A stretch of DNA of 64,000 bases, from the IMG/VR virus record IMGVR_UViG_3300031962_000001, positions 28,915-92,914 of that record, one strand, 5' to 3'. Shown here piece by piece: positions 37,337 to 47,050 of the stretch; position 1 is the first letter of the stretch; each line of letters starts with the position of its first letter. The translations under genes and the position numbers were made by a program. Below the pieces are notes generated by a model. It worked only from the letters and a program-made list of their open reading frames with translations. It made no database searches and was not told the origin of the DNA. Source of the DNA: a virus.

Positions 37337-37561
37337 GTGAAACACTCGGCTCTGTCAATTTGGTGTAGATTAGGTCTTCACAAGTGGAGAACCGTCTGGG
37401 AGAATAGATTCAACATTCGCCCTAACGGTAATTTGGAGTCGTATGATTCTGAAACAGAAGAGAAATGTATTCGAGAGTATTGTACGGCTCACCGACAAGT
37501 AGTTGGCTGTGTGATTGGCAGCATGGGCGGTCAATCAACAATTAGAAGATGGGAGGCATGA
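37337..37561 (+). CDS. Small hypothetical protein
   Basis: CRLGLHKW; GGAGG RBS. Confidence 0.5.
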   Translation: MKHSALSIWCRLGLHKWRTVWENRFNIRPNGNLESYDSETEEKCIREYCTAHRQVVGCVIGSMGGQSTIRRWEA

Positions 37562-38025
37562 TGGCACTTTCAGCAGAGGAAATGAAACAGTACATCGAAG
37601 CGAGGAACAGAGCGATCACACGAACTACAGATGGATTGGAATTTGATGGTGATTGTGTAGCTGGATTTAAGGAAGGATTACGACTAGCGACAAACGATCC
37701 GTCGTATTTCCTCCCAGAAACGAACGATGGCTTCTCCAGAATCTGTGGCCTCATAACAGTCATCCAAGCTAAAAAAGGCAAAGCATACGCCGCATCGTGG
37801 CAGAAGCGCGGTATGGAAGGCGCATTTTCAAATCTGCAGAGGAAATACGATCGAATAGACGTACTAGTGAACTCCAACACTGACCATCCTCCATACAAGA
37901 AAACCGAGAGCTTAATCTCTCAACTAGCAGACACGGCAGTCTATGCGATTCTGATGCTCTCATTGCAAGCGCAGCTTCATCCTGAAGAACTGGAAAAATG
38001 GTTGAACGAAGTCCATAGTCTATGA
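37549..38025 (+). CDS. Nucleotide-modification-associated domain 1 (DUF1599-like) protein
   Basis: K.K.Y..SW..RG......RK.DR...ES....LAD..VY. Confidence 0.7.
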   Translation: MGGMMALSAEEMKQYIEARNRAITRTTDGLEFDGDCVAGFKEGLRLATNDPSYFLPETNDGFSRICGLITVIQAKKGKAYAASWQKRGMEGAFSNLQRKYDRIDVLVNSNTDHPPYKKTESLISQLADTAVYAILMLSLQAQLHPEELEKWLNEVHSL

Positions 38026-40703
38026 TATCGCTAAACGTCATTCGTGAACCAGACCAATTCTGCAAGCCATGTGGCCTGTATAAATTGTGCAACACGCCTC
38101 TCATGAACGGAGAGGGTGCTGAATATCCCACATGGTTTTTCATCGGGGAAGCTCCTGGCGCAGAGGAAGACGAAAGTGGTTTCCCGTTCTGGGGAGAGTC
38201 TGGCCAGGAACTGCGCCAGTCCATCGAAGACGTTGGTATACCCATAGAAAAATGCAGATTCTCCAATGCCGTGAGATGTAGGCCTCCAAATAATGACCTG
38301 AAAAAATTCCCAGACGCGATAGAGCACTGCCGTCCGCATATCCTGCGCGAAATCAGAGCGTGTCGGCCCAAAGTGGTCGTTCTGATTGGCAACTCCGCGA
38401 TCAAGAGCGTGCTGAACAAGACGGGCATCCTGAAGCTCCATGGCGAAGTGATAGATGCCGGCTGGGTCAAATATCTTTGCATGTTCCATCCAGCATACAT
38501 GCTGCGAAACGACACTCCAGCTACGAGAAGGAAATTCAAAGAGGCTCTCAAGACCGCTAAATTTGTGGCTAACCCAAAACTCCAGAAAGCTGCTTCCAAG
38601 CGCAATCACACTGTCATTATGGACAGGTCTATGTTGAAAGAGTATGTAGACCTGCTCACAAATCGTCAATACTTGGCGACAGATATCGAAGCAAGCACTC
38701 TGTCGTCGTTTTCTAAACACAGGAAATTCCTCATCAGTGCGATAGGATTTGCGTGGACTAAGAACGACGCTGTAGAATTTCCTATCCATGTCAGGACTGG
38801 TCTGACAGGTTGTAAGGTCAAGCCAGAGGAAATGCTAGAAGGCGTGAAGGAAGTCTACGAACAAGATGATGTCAGATTTCTGACATGGCATGGCAAGTAC
38901 GATTTCACGTCGGTGCTCGGTGCGCATGATATCTGGATGGGCGGGGAAATGCATCCCATCGGTCCGTACTTTGATGGGATGCTGGGCAGCTACGCTCTGG
39001 ACGAAAGGGCAGGCATCCATAGCCTGAAAGACTGGGCGTACAGGCTAGGCATGGCTGGATACGAACTCCCGCTTAGACAATATCAACTTTTGAATCCAAA
39101 AGCCGACCCAAACAAAGGCGGCGACATGAATATGGTACCAGCGGATATCCTCTATCCGTATAACATGGACGATTGCATTTGCACGTTCAGAGCTTATCTC
39201 AAACAGAAAAAGCTTCTGAAAGAGCAAGGCCTCTGGGATAGACCGTTCAAATTCCCATTGCGACAAATAAGCTGGGTCGCGGGAATGATGGAAATGAACG
39301 GCCTCGGTGTGGACCTGAAAAGGAATGCTGAGCTAGATGAAGAATTCACGGAGAAGATTGAGACTATAGAAAAAGATCTTCGCAAGGACAAATCAGTAAT
39401 CGAGCTTCAAAAACGCAAAGATCTGAAGTTGATGCGAAAGCTGTATGAGCGTGTCAAAGCGTACAAGCGTCCAGTGCCAAGTGTGAAGAAAAAGGTCTTG
39501 GAGTTCTTCAAGAGTGAGCCAGTTAATTTGGATTCTCCAGACGAGAAGCGCACGCTCGTATACGATATCTTAGGCTGTGAGCATTATCAGAAGACAAAGA
39601 AATCCGAGCAAGATTCCACAGAGCGCTGGGTGCTGGAAGAGATAGCGCAGAAATACAAATATCCGGCAATCAAGAAAATCATAGCTCGCAGCACTCTATC
39701 TTCAGCATGGTCTAAATACATCAATCCGATTCCAGGTTGGGTTGGTACCGACGGTCGCATCCATCCTAACATGCTGCCACATGGCACGAGGACTGGAAGA
39801 CTAGCGTGCGAGGACCCAAACCTGTATAACCTGCCTTCTAGAAGTCCTCTCACTCCAGTGCTGATGAGTCAGTTTGTTTCTAGAGGAGAGGATTTCGTAG
39901 CCGTCAAGCAAGACTCTAAGCAGATAGAGCTGCGCATCATAGCTGATAGAGCTAGAGACAAGACGATGATCGGTGAGTTCAATAGAGGTGAGGACCCACA
40001 TGCCAAGGGGGCACAAGCCGCTTTCGAGTTGACAGAGGAGGACTGGGCTGAGCTATCTAAAGAAGAACAGAAGATAAAAAGAGGCTACGCAAAAAATGCT
40101 GTCTCGTTCGGCTTGGTGTATGGCAGAGAAGCCCCAGCGCTCGCAGGAGACTTCGGTTGGCCTATAAGCAAAGCAGAAAAATTCAAGGCCAGATATTTTG
40201 GTAAGTACGACGGCATCGCGGAATACCTTGTAGACAGACGCGAGCATATTCTGGAGCACAAGGAAGCCATATCTCTCTATGGCAACCGACATCGCCGGCT
40301 CCCAGATGTAGACAGTGAAAGCGAAGGAGCGGCAAACGCGGCAGTCCGCGAAGGCATCAACGCGCCGATACAAGGAGACGCAAGCGACATCAACATCATA
40401 GCGGCGTACCGCATGGAGCGTTGGCTCCGGCTGAATCGCTATCTGACTCGCGTCATCCTGTACGTCTACGATGCGGTATATCTGGACGCCTATCGCAAGG
40501 AATTGCCTATCGTCATTCCAAAACTCCATGCGTTCATGACGGACAGAAATTTCATAGAAGCTATGACTGGCTGGAAGCTGAGAGTTCCTCTAGACACCGA
40601 CTGCGCCATTGGCTATAATTTCGGCGAGATGACAGAGCTGAAATCTAAGGGCAACGGCGAGTTTGAAATCCCAGAACAATTTCTGTCACGTCGTGTTTCA
40701 TAA
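38022..40703 (+). CDS. Family A DNA polymerase with N-terminal family-4 UDG-like domain
   Basis: GEAPG, NAVRCRPP, HPA; exonuclease DIE/KYD/YNMDD; TRTGRL..PNL.N, QIELR, NAPIQG.ASD. Confidence 0.93.
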   Translation: MISLNVIREPDQFCKPCGLYKLCNTPLMNGEGAEYPTWFFIGEAPGAEEDESGFPFWGESGQELRQSIEDVGIPIEKCRFSNAVRCRPPNNDLKKFPDAIEHCRPHILREIRACRPKVVVLIGNSAIKSVLNKTGILKLHGEVIDAGWVKYLCMFHPAYMLRNDTPATRRKFKEALKTAKFVANPKLQKAASKRNHTVIMDRSMLKEYVDLLTNRQYLATDIEASTLSSFSKHRKFLISAIGFAWTKNDAVEFPIHVRTGLTGCKVKPEEMLEGVKEVYEQDDVRFLTWHGKYDFTSVLGAHDIWMGGEMHPIGPYFDGMLGSYALDERAGIHSLKDWAYRLGMAGYELPLRQYQLLNPKADPNKGGDMNMVPADILYPYNMDDCICTFRAYLKQKKLLKEQGLWDRPFKFPLRQISWVAGMMEMNGLGVDLKRNAELDEEFTEKIETIEKDLRKDKSVIELQKRKDLKLMRKLYERVKAYKRPVPSVKKKVLEFFKSEPVNLDSPDEKRTLVYDILGCEHYQKTKKSEQDSTERWVLEEIAQKYKYPAIKKIIARSTLSSAWSKYINPIPGWVGTDGRIHPNMLPHGTRTGRLACEDPNLYNLPSRSPLTPVLMSQFVSRGEDFVAVKQDSKQIELRIIADRARDKTMIGEFNRGEDPHAKGAQAAFELTEEDWAELSKEEQKIKRGYAKNAVSFGLVYGREAPALAGDFGWPISKAEKFKARYFGKYDGIAEYLVDRREHILEHKEAISLYGNRHRRLPDVDSESEGAANAAVREGINAPIQGDASDINIIAAYRMERWLRLNRYLTRVILYVYDAVYLDAYRKELPIVIPKLHAFMTDRNFIEAMTGWKLRVPLDTDCAIGYNFGEMTELKSKGNGEFEIPEQFLSRRVS
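40691..40702 (+). promoter_or_regulatory. TCGTGTTTCATA motif
   Basis: Exact copy overlapping end of polymerase gene. Confidence 0.7.
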
Positions 40704-40716
40704 TAACGGAGGGAAA

Positions 40717-40941
40717 ATGAACGGATATGTAGACATAGACAGCAAGGACTTTGCGAAACTCGTGAAGGGCGAGATGACAGCGATTCCGATAACAGGCGGA
40801 AGTGGAGCACTACTTGGGGAAGCTTGTCTAAGACTGGACCCGAAGATCAGTTTCAACATGATGCTAGAAGCAGTCAAGGAAGCGATAAATGAAAAAGACA
40901 AAACTAAAGAAAATCCCGATTCTGGTCCAGCTCTATCCTGA
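40717..40941 (+). CDS. Hypothetical protein
   Basis: GGAGG RBS before ATG 40717. Confidence 0.5.
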   Translation: MNGYVDIDSKDFAKLVKGEMTAIPITGGSGALLGEACLRLDPKISFNMMLEAVKEAINEKDKTKENPDSGPALS

Positions 40942-41347
40942 CGATATCTACAAGAGCGATCTGGCAAAAGCTCTCAAGATAGACAAGCACAATCTCACAA
41001 ACGAACTCGTCAGGCAGCCAGCGCTTTACGGATTCTGGGCATCTCTGTACAGCGTCGTCACGGCGAAGGTAGAGTTCCTGAAAGAGCAGGTGGAGAACAT
41101 GGACTCTGAGCTCTTCAAATTCTATCTGCTCAAGCGTAAAATAAAGAAGCCGACAGAGATCAAACATTGGATCAACAACAATTCGAGATATGTCAAGGCT
41201 AAGAAGAGGCTGCGCCGCTGGCAGGAAGCAGAACGACACCTGAAATATGCTGAACGAGCGTTCAGTCAGCGCTTGAGCGTTTTGATGGCAGTCAATGCCA
41301 ACAAGAGACAGGACAAGAAGCAGGAGAATTATCAGGAGGAAGACTGA
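40889..41347 (+). CDS. UvsY-like recombination mediator
   Basis: LKID..NL..E...QP.LY..W pattern; next to SSB and RecA. Confidence 0.55.
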   Translation: MKKTKLKKIPILVQLYPDDIYKSDLAKALKIDKHNLTNELVRQPALYGFWASLYSVVTAKVEFLKEQVENMDSELFKFYLLKRKIKKPTEIKHWINNNSRYVKAKKRLRRWQEAERHLKYAERAFSQRLSVLMAVNANKRQDKKQENYQEED

Positions 41348-42327
41348 TGACGAAAACTGCAAGTGAAATACGTAAGGAGCTAAGAGAGCGCACCAGAAAG
41401 AAAGGCAAGGTGGACTGGTTCGGCATCAAAGGTGACACGACCGTGTACCTTCGCTTCTGTCCACCATGGAAAAAGAACGGGGATTTCTGGAAGGACGTTC
41501 TGTTCCACGGTGGCTTCAAGGACAAGGTCTACTGTCGCAAGAATGACATGAACGAAGAGACAGAAAAGCCGAAATCCTGTCTTATCTGCAAGCGTGTCGT
41601 GGAGCTGAAAAATGACAGGAGCACCAGAGGCAAGAAATTGTGGTCTCTGATTCGTCAAAAGAATGAAAGCCTCTGGAACGTTTTGGTCGCGAAAATCAGA
41701 CGTCGTGACGATGGCAGCATCAAGGTCATCCGGTATAGAGACAATCACGCCAAGGTTCTGCGTCTTTCCAGCAAGTGGCACAATGCGTTGCTGGAAATCT
41801 TTGCGGATGAGGACCTCAGGGCGAAGTCTATCCTGGGTGTCACGCATCCGAAATATGGCAGGCTCGTCAAGGCCAAGAGAAGTGGCACGGGTCGCGACGA
41901 CACAAACTACACGTTTCTGCCGACAGACAAGATGATGCCGATATTTCCAGAGAAGTCTAAGCGAATGAAAATCCTGAAGACAGTAGTGAATCTGGACAAG
42001 ATGGTCCACGCTAGCAGCAAGGAGGAGCTGGAAGCGTTTCTGGAGAAGATGGAAAGACGCGCCAGAAAACTGGCAGCCTTGGAAAAGGAAGGCGGACATG
42101 GCCGGGATGAAGACGAGGAAGAAGAGGACGTCGAAAAAGACGATGAGGAAGAAACTCCAAAGAAGAAAAAGAAGCACCACAAGCGAGCAGACGATGCTGA
42201 TGATGACGATTCCGATGATTCCGATTCTGATTCAGAAGATGAAGATGACGAAGATGCTGACCTAGAGCGCAAATACAAGGAAATGAAAAAGAAGTCCAAG
42301 AAAGACAGGGACGAGGATGACGACTGA
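41347..42327 (+). CDS. T4 gp32-like ssDNA-binding protein with long charged tail
   Basis: LRFCPP...H...C...CxxC, G.G..T.Y, acidic C-terminus. Confidence 0.7.
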   Translation: MTKTASEIRKELRERTRKKGKVDWFGIKGDTTVYLRFCPPWKKNGDFWKDVLFHGGFKDKVYCRKNDMNEETEKPKSCLICKRVVELKNDRSTRGKKLWSLIRQKNESLWNVLVAKIRRRDDGSIKVIRYRDNHAKVLRLSSKWHNALLEIFADEDLRAKSILGVTHPKYGRLVKAKRSGTGRDDTNYTFLPTDKMMPIFPEKSKRMKILKTVVNLDKMVHASSKEELEAFLEKMERRARKLAALEKEGGHGRDEDEEEEDVEKDDEEETPKKKKKHHKRADDADDDDSDDSDSDSEDEDDEDADLERKYKEMKKKSKKDRDEDDD

Positions 42328-42526
42328 GTATCAACCTTTACTGGACATGGTCTTCAAGATTAAATTCTTGAAGGCCATGCTGCCAGTAATGACAGACGAC
42401 GATGCTCTGAAATTTACGAGCATCTCCATATCCATAGGTATTGGGGAAGCTACCGAATACGACTTCGCAGAGCTTAACAGGCTCTTCGGGAAATTCGAGA
42501 AATCTTATGCCTCTCCGCTTTCCTAG
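42317..42526 (+). CDS. Hypothetical protein
   Basis: Fills gap between SSB and RecA. Confidence 0.45.
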   Translation: MTTEYQPLLDMVFKIKFLKAMLPVMTDDDALKFTSISISIGIGEATEYDFAELNRLFGKFEKSYASPLS

Positions 42527-43559
42527 ACTTGAAAACGACAACAGCGTCCGCGGCGTAAAGCATTCCACGCTGAAAGCGGTAATCAAGGTAGTCAACGCTT
42601 CGCTGAAGAAAAAGAAGCGTTCGTTGCGGATATCTGTGCTTGGCAATTCAGTGTTCTCCAAGCCACGTGTCTATATGTCTTCAGGCATCCTGCCTATAGA
42701 CTGTGTGGTGTGTCGTGGGATGGGATTCCCATCGGGCATCATAGAGATATTTGGCGGTGAAGCTAGCGGCAAGACAGCGGTGATGGAAAACACTTTGGCA
42801 GAAGCGCAGAGCAACAATTACTACGCCATTCTGTTTCCTCAGGAGTTCGCTGTAGACTACAGACGCGTGAAAATTCTGCATCTCAAAGAAGATGAGCTGA
42901 TCATCGGCGACGCCGAAACAATAGAGGATATCTATGACCAGATAAAGATGATGGTCAAGAAGATCAGACAAAAGGACAAGCATACGCCTATCGTAATTGG
43001 ATGGGATAGTGTAGCGGCAACACCGACACGTTCAGAACTGGAAAATCCCAAGGGACTAGAAGCCTCCGACATGGGCAAAGCGGCAGCGCAGATTTCAAAG
43101 CTCTTTAGGCGTCTAGTGCGATTTCTGTTCATCAACAAGGTCTGTCTCATCTGTGTCAATCAGACCAGAACTAATTTGGGCATCATGTTTGGCAACAAGG
43201 AGTCTACGTTTGGCGGTAAGGCTCTCAAATTCTACTCGTGGGTTCGCATTCGCCTTGGAGCCACAAAGGTGATCGAAGAGGACGGCGAGGATATTGGTTT
43301 CATGTGTCAACTGAAAGTGGTGAAAAATAAAGTAGCGCCACCGCTGAAGACCTGCAAATTCCCTATCTATTGGGACAAGGGCATAGATGTGCCGATGGCG
43401 ATATGGGAATTCGCCATCGAAAAAGAAGTTTTCGTGAAGAATAAAGCACACTACACATATAGAGGGCAGCTGATTACACGCTCCTCGTTCAGGAAATTCT
43501 ATGAGCGTCACGGAGAAGAAATAGATGGAGCTCTGCGAGCATCTGTGAGGGAACAGTGA
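42507..43559 (+). CDS. recA: RecA/UvsX recombinase
   Basis: EIFGGEASGKT, DSVAA, NQ.R, GGKALKFY, KVVKNKVAPP. Confidence 0.92.
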   Translation: MPLRFPRLENDNSVRGVKHSTLKAVIKVVNASLKKKKRSLRISVLGNSVFSKPRVYMSSGILPIDCVVCRGMGFPSGIIEIFGGEASGKTAVMENTLAEAQSNNYYAILFPQEFAVDYRRVKILHLKEDELIIGDAETIEDIYDQIKMMVKKIRQKDKHTPIVIGWDSVAATPTRSELENPKGLEASDMGKAAAQISKLFRRLVRFLFINKVCLICVNQTRTNLGIMFGNKESTFGGKALKFYSWVRIRLGATKVIEEDGEDIGFMCQLKVVKNKVAPPLKTCKFPIYWDKGIDVPMAIWEFAIEKEVFVKNKAHYTYRGQLITRSSFRKFYERHGEEIDGALRASVREQ

Positions 43560-44500
43560 GCGATAAAAAGATTCTGTTGATTGATGGTTACAATGCCGCG
43601 TGGCGGCTCATGCACAAGCTTCCGCCACTCAGCGTCAATGGCCAAGATATCCAGATAGTCTATGGATTTATCCGTCTCCTCAGAGGAGTCATAGAACAGT
43701 TCGAGCCAAATGCGGCTCTAGTGATCTGGGATTCTGGACATTCCGAGTTCCGGAAGAAAGTGTATCCTGGCTACAAAGACCGGCATCATGACAGGATTCA
43801 CGAAAAGCAATATCACAGTCTGACGAGCCAGATCAGTATTCTGGACGATATCTTGGCAAACCTGAACGTTGGCGTAGTAGCATGGCCTGGAACAGAAGCA
43901 GACGATCTGATTGGCCTTTCTTGTGATGGATTGAGTGGCCTGAAAATCATAGTGTCCGCCGACCAAGACATGCTTCAATTAGTAGACTCAGACGTGCAGG
44001 TCTGGTCGCCTATGAAATCAGAGCTATACACAGACAAGAATTTTCAGAAACTAATTGGCATGACACCTCGCCAGTATCTGGAGATGAAAGCGTTGATAGG
44101 TGACGGTAGCGATAAGATAGGAGGAGTAGCGCGTGGCTTCGGAGAGGCTACAGCGCGAGAACTGATTCTAAAATATGGTTGTATAGAAGAACTCTATTCT
44201 CCCAAAGTGGAGAAGAAGGTTTACAATCAAGGGAACAGGTATAAGCTGCTCTATAACGAAGGCGCTAAGGAAATCGTGTACCGAAACCTAATCTTGATGG
44301 ACCTCAGCGTCTGTGGGCATGGAATCAAGAACAAGGAAGAGGCCATCAAGCGCATCAAGCACGTAGTTCGGTTCAGAAATAAGATAGACAAGGCACAAGT
44401 GAAAAGAATTTTCATCGAGAAAGCCTTTAAGTCGCTTCTTGAGGATTTTGGCAGGTGGGTCACGCCGTTCGAAATTCTAGATTGGCAGGAGCAGGAATGA
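43556..44500 (+). CDS. 5'-3' exonuclease / flap endonuclease
   Basis: LLIDG, YK..R, EADD, SADQDMLQL, GDGSDKIGGV. Confidence 0.9.
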   Translation: MSDKKILLIDGYNAAWRLMHKLPPLSVNGQDIQIVYGFIRLLRGVIEQFEPNAALVIWDSGHSEFRKKVYPGYKDRHHDRIHEKQYHSLTSQISILDDILANLNVGVVAWPGTEADDLIGLSCDGLSGLKIIVSADQDMLQLVDSDVQVWSPMKSELYTDKNFQKLIGMTPRQYLEMKALIGDGSDKIGGVARGFGEATARELILKYGCIEELYSPKVEKKVYNQGNRYKLLYNEGAKEIVYRNLILMDLSVCGHGIKNKEEAIKRIKHVVRFRNKIDKAQVKRIFIEKAFKSLLEDFGRWVTPFEILDWQEQE

Positions 44501-44724
44501 AAAAGATAATGCGGTTTCCAAGGGAAGCAGAGATCACAGGCAACGCCTTCTCTATGGGTCTGATCTATAGGACTCTCAAGAGAATCTACAAGGGAAAAGG
44601 AGTCCTCCCTGAAGACCGAGAGCTCGTGCTGCGTTGGTACGGGATAGAATCCATAAATAGGAAGCTGGCGAAATATCTGCACCATACCGCTCCTACTGGC
44701 AGAAGGGTGAGATTTCCAAGGTGA
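44497..44724 (+). CDS. 75-aa protein with RFPR at both termini
   Basis: AGGAG RBS, ATGA overlap. Confidence 0.6.
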   Translation: MKKIMRFPREAEITGNAFSMGLIYRTLKRIYKGKGVLPEDRELVLRWYGIESINRKLAKYLHHTAPTGRRVRFPR

Positions 44725-44727
44725 CGC

Positions 44728-45210
44728 ATGGGCAGAAAACCTAAAATCCTGAAACTCAGGGAAGACTACAGACCGCTCTTGCTAGAAACGAAAAAACTAT
44801 TCCCAACGCTGCTTGGTCATGTTAAGACCAAGAGGATAGCACTCGTTGGAATGTACGCTCGCAAGAGTGGCTTCATAGGCAGGATATTCGCTAATAGACC
44901 TCCATATTCTCTGCTAGTAGAAGACTACGACTATCTGATCATGTTCTGGAGCACGCGCTTCGACGACAAGCCGCACTCGTATAAAATCTATGTCATGCTC
45001 CACGAATTGGCGCACATAACCGAGGGAGGATTTGTAAAAGGCGCTCCGGACTATCGTAAATGTATCCGTCACGACATAGAGGAGTTCACTTTCCTAGCAG
45101 AGCGCTATGGGATAAATCTAGAGAATGTGAAAGATGTGATGAAAGGTGAAAAGCATCTACTCAACAAGGACGGGGTCAGAAGGTTCCCGCGCGTGGAGAC
45201 AATACATTGA
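44728..45210 (+). CDS. Putative phage metallopeptidase
   Basis: HELAH...HDIEEF. Confidence 0.75.
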   Translation: MGRKPKILKLREDYRPLLLETKKLFPTLLGHVKTKRIALVGMYARKSGFIGRIFANRPPYSLLVEDYDYLIMFWSTRFDDKPHSYKIYVMLHELAHITEGGFVKGAPDYRKCIRHDIEEFTFLAERYGINLENVKDVMKGEKHLLNKDGVRRFPRVETIH

Positions 45211-45443
45211 TCAAACAGAAAGCTACAATCAAGAAGCAGACTTCTGATAGCGGGAGGTTCAATTTCCCAGAAGCGGCCATCGGAACTGAAATCTGGATAA
45301 ATCCTAGGTCCATAACTATGGCTCGCTACTCTGTTAAGGAAACGAAGGAAATGTTCATGGAGATGGTAGTTAAAGAAGCTACTACTGAAATGTGGATTCC
45401 AGTATCGGTTCTGCATTTCACGGACGAGTTCGAAGTAACATGA
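45207..45443 (+). CDS. Hypothetical protein
   Basis: GGAG RBS, TTGA overlap. Confidence 0.5.
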   Translation: MIKQKATIKKQTSDSGRFNFPEAAIGTEIWINPRSITMARYSVKETKEMFMEMVVKEATTEMWIPVSVLHFTDEFEVT

Positions 45444-45721
45444 AGACAAAGGAGAATAAGAACATGATTCACTGTCATAAGCACGCAACATATGACCCAC
45501 GCTGCGAAGAGTGCAAACGCAAAAAGCGCCTTCACGAAGAGGACGAAGTATCACGCACATCCGTATTCGACACGGCCAGTGCGTTCACACCAGCACTCAT
45601 AGACACAACGAGTACAACGAGCAGTCCAGATCCAACTCCTTATCCAGCTCCTGATCCTCCTTCGACACCTGATTTCGGCGGAGGCCAAAGTGGTGGCGGA
45701 GGAGCCGGAGGCGACTTCTAG
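45440..45721 (+). CDS. Hypothetical protein with DFGGGQSGGGGAGGDF tail
   Basis: ATGA overlap; Gly-rich tail. Confidence 0.55.
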   Translation: MKTKENKNMIHCHKHATYDPRCEECKRKKRLHEEDEVSRTSVFDTASAFTPALIDTTSTTSSPDPTPYPAPDPPSTPDFGGGQSGGGGAGGDF

Positions 45722-46770
45722 TGAAATTCTTGGCGACTGGCGACTTGCAAATCCACGCATGGCGCCAGTTCGCCTATACGACAAAATCTGGCATGAACTC
45801 TAGACTCAGAAACTGCTTGCGAGTGCTGAGCTTCTTGCGTAAGACGGCGCTGGAGCGTGGCATCAACAAGATTCTACTCAATGGAGATATCCTTGAGGAA
45901 TGCGACTACATAGAAATAGAGGTGTATGATGGACTCTACACAGAGCTCGAAAGAATTAGAGATTCAGGAATCCATACGGTTATTAACATCGGAAATCACG
46001 ACGTTCACAGCGAATCTGGTGGACGAGTGCTTAATTCGTTACGCGCACTCCGAGGGGTCGCCACTATTGTGGAAGAACCGACGCTGGTATGGGGTTGCGT
46101 ACAGGTGGTTCCTTGGTGCGTATCTCCAGATAGACTTAGAGAAACGATTGGAAATCTTAAGGCTGACAGGAGCCGCTGCCTCGTCCTACACTACGGTGTT
46201 CAAGGAGGAGTCACAGGACCAAAAAATTACCTTCTCAGATCTCCAGTCAAGCTCAGAGACATTAGATACAAGGAATTTGGACTGGTCCTTCTCTCCGATT
46301 ATCATACAAGACAGCGACTTGCAAAGCGTCCCCCGGTCTACTACCTCGGGTCCCCTATACAACATAGCTTTGGTGAAATTCACAGACCCTGCGTCTGGGA
46401 GATCGGTGTGGATAGAGGAGGAGTATTTAAGACAGAGAAAATTTTCACCAGCTTCCCTAGATTTCGACGAGTCCGGGCAAATGACCGCAGTTCACTTCTT
46501 GAAGCAACCAGAAAATATGCCGCCGATTACGTATCTATTACCCCAGTTGGCACCGTACTCTCAGAACAGGATATTCGTATGGTCGCAAAGAGAGTAGGAT
46601 TTCAGTACATCATCAACAGAGCGCCGGAAGAGCGAGAGGATGTGCAGGACTCCAGATCGCTGAATTTCAAAAAGGCCATGAAGAAGTACGTATCTTCCAA
46701 CGTGAAGAGCGAAGCGCAGAGTGGCAGACTGCTAAGGCTCGGCTGGAAAATTTTCAATGGAGAATTATGA
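45721..46770 (+). CDS. sbcD: SbcD/Mre11 (gp47-like) nuclease
   Basis: GD.Q, GD, GNHD, YH, YLGSPIQHSFGE. Confidence 0.88.
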   Translation: MKFLATGDLQIHAWRQFAYTTKSGMNSRLRNCLRVLSFLRKTALERGINKILLNGDILEECDYIEIEVYDGLYTELERIRDSGIHTVINIGNHDVHSESGGRVLNSLRALRGVATIVEEPTLVWGCVQVVPWCVSPDRLRETIGNLKADRSRCLVLHYGVQGGVTGPKNYLLRSPVKLRDIRYKEFGLVLLSDYHTRQRLAKRPPVYYLGSPIQHSFGEIHRPCVWEIGVDRGGVFKTEKIFTSFPRFRRVRANDRSSLLEATRKYAADYVSITPVGTVLSEQDIRMVAKRVGFQYIINRAPEEREDVQDSRSLNFKKAMKKYVSSNVKSEAQSGRLLRLGWKIFNGEL

Positions 46771-47048
46771 TGAGAAGATTAGACTACGATACTCCAGGGT
46801 CACCTCAAGATTTGAAGGTTTTCAAGACTAACCTGCAAGCCAAAAGCAAAGACGAATTGATTTTAATAATTGGAAACGTGGCTGAATGCTGTGACATGAG
46901 CGGAAAAGGTTATGTAAACGAGTGGGAGAATCGTGTCAGACACGCTATCGGTTACACCAGAGGACACGGTGAAGACCATCTAGACTCTTGTGGCTGTGAG
47001 CGGTGTCAAGAAGAAGACGTTGGAGTGTACAAGAAAAGCAAGAAATAG
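46767..47048 (+). CDS. Hypothetical protein between sbcD and sbcC
   Basis: GGAG RBS, ATGA overlap. Confidence 0.5.
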   Translation: MMRRLDYDTPGSPQDLKVFKTNLQAKSKDELILIIGNVAECCDMSGKGYVNEWENRVRHAIGYTRGHGEDHLDSCGCERCQEEDVGVYKKSKK

Positions 47049-47050
47049 CT

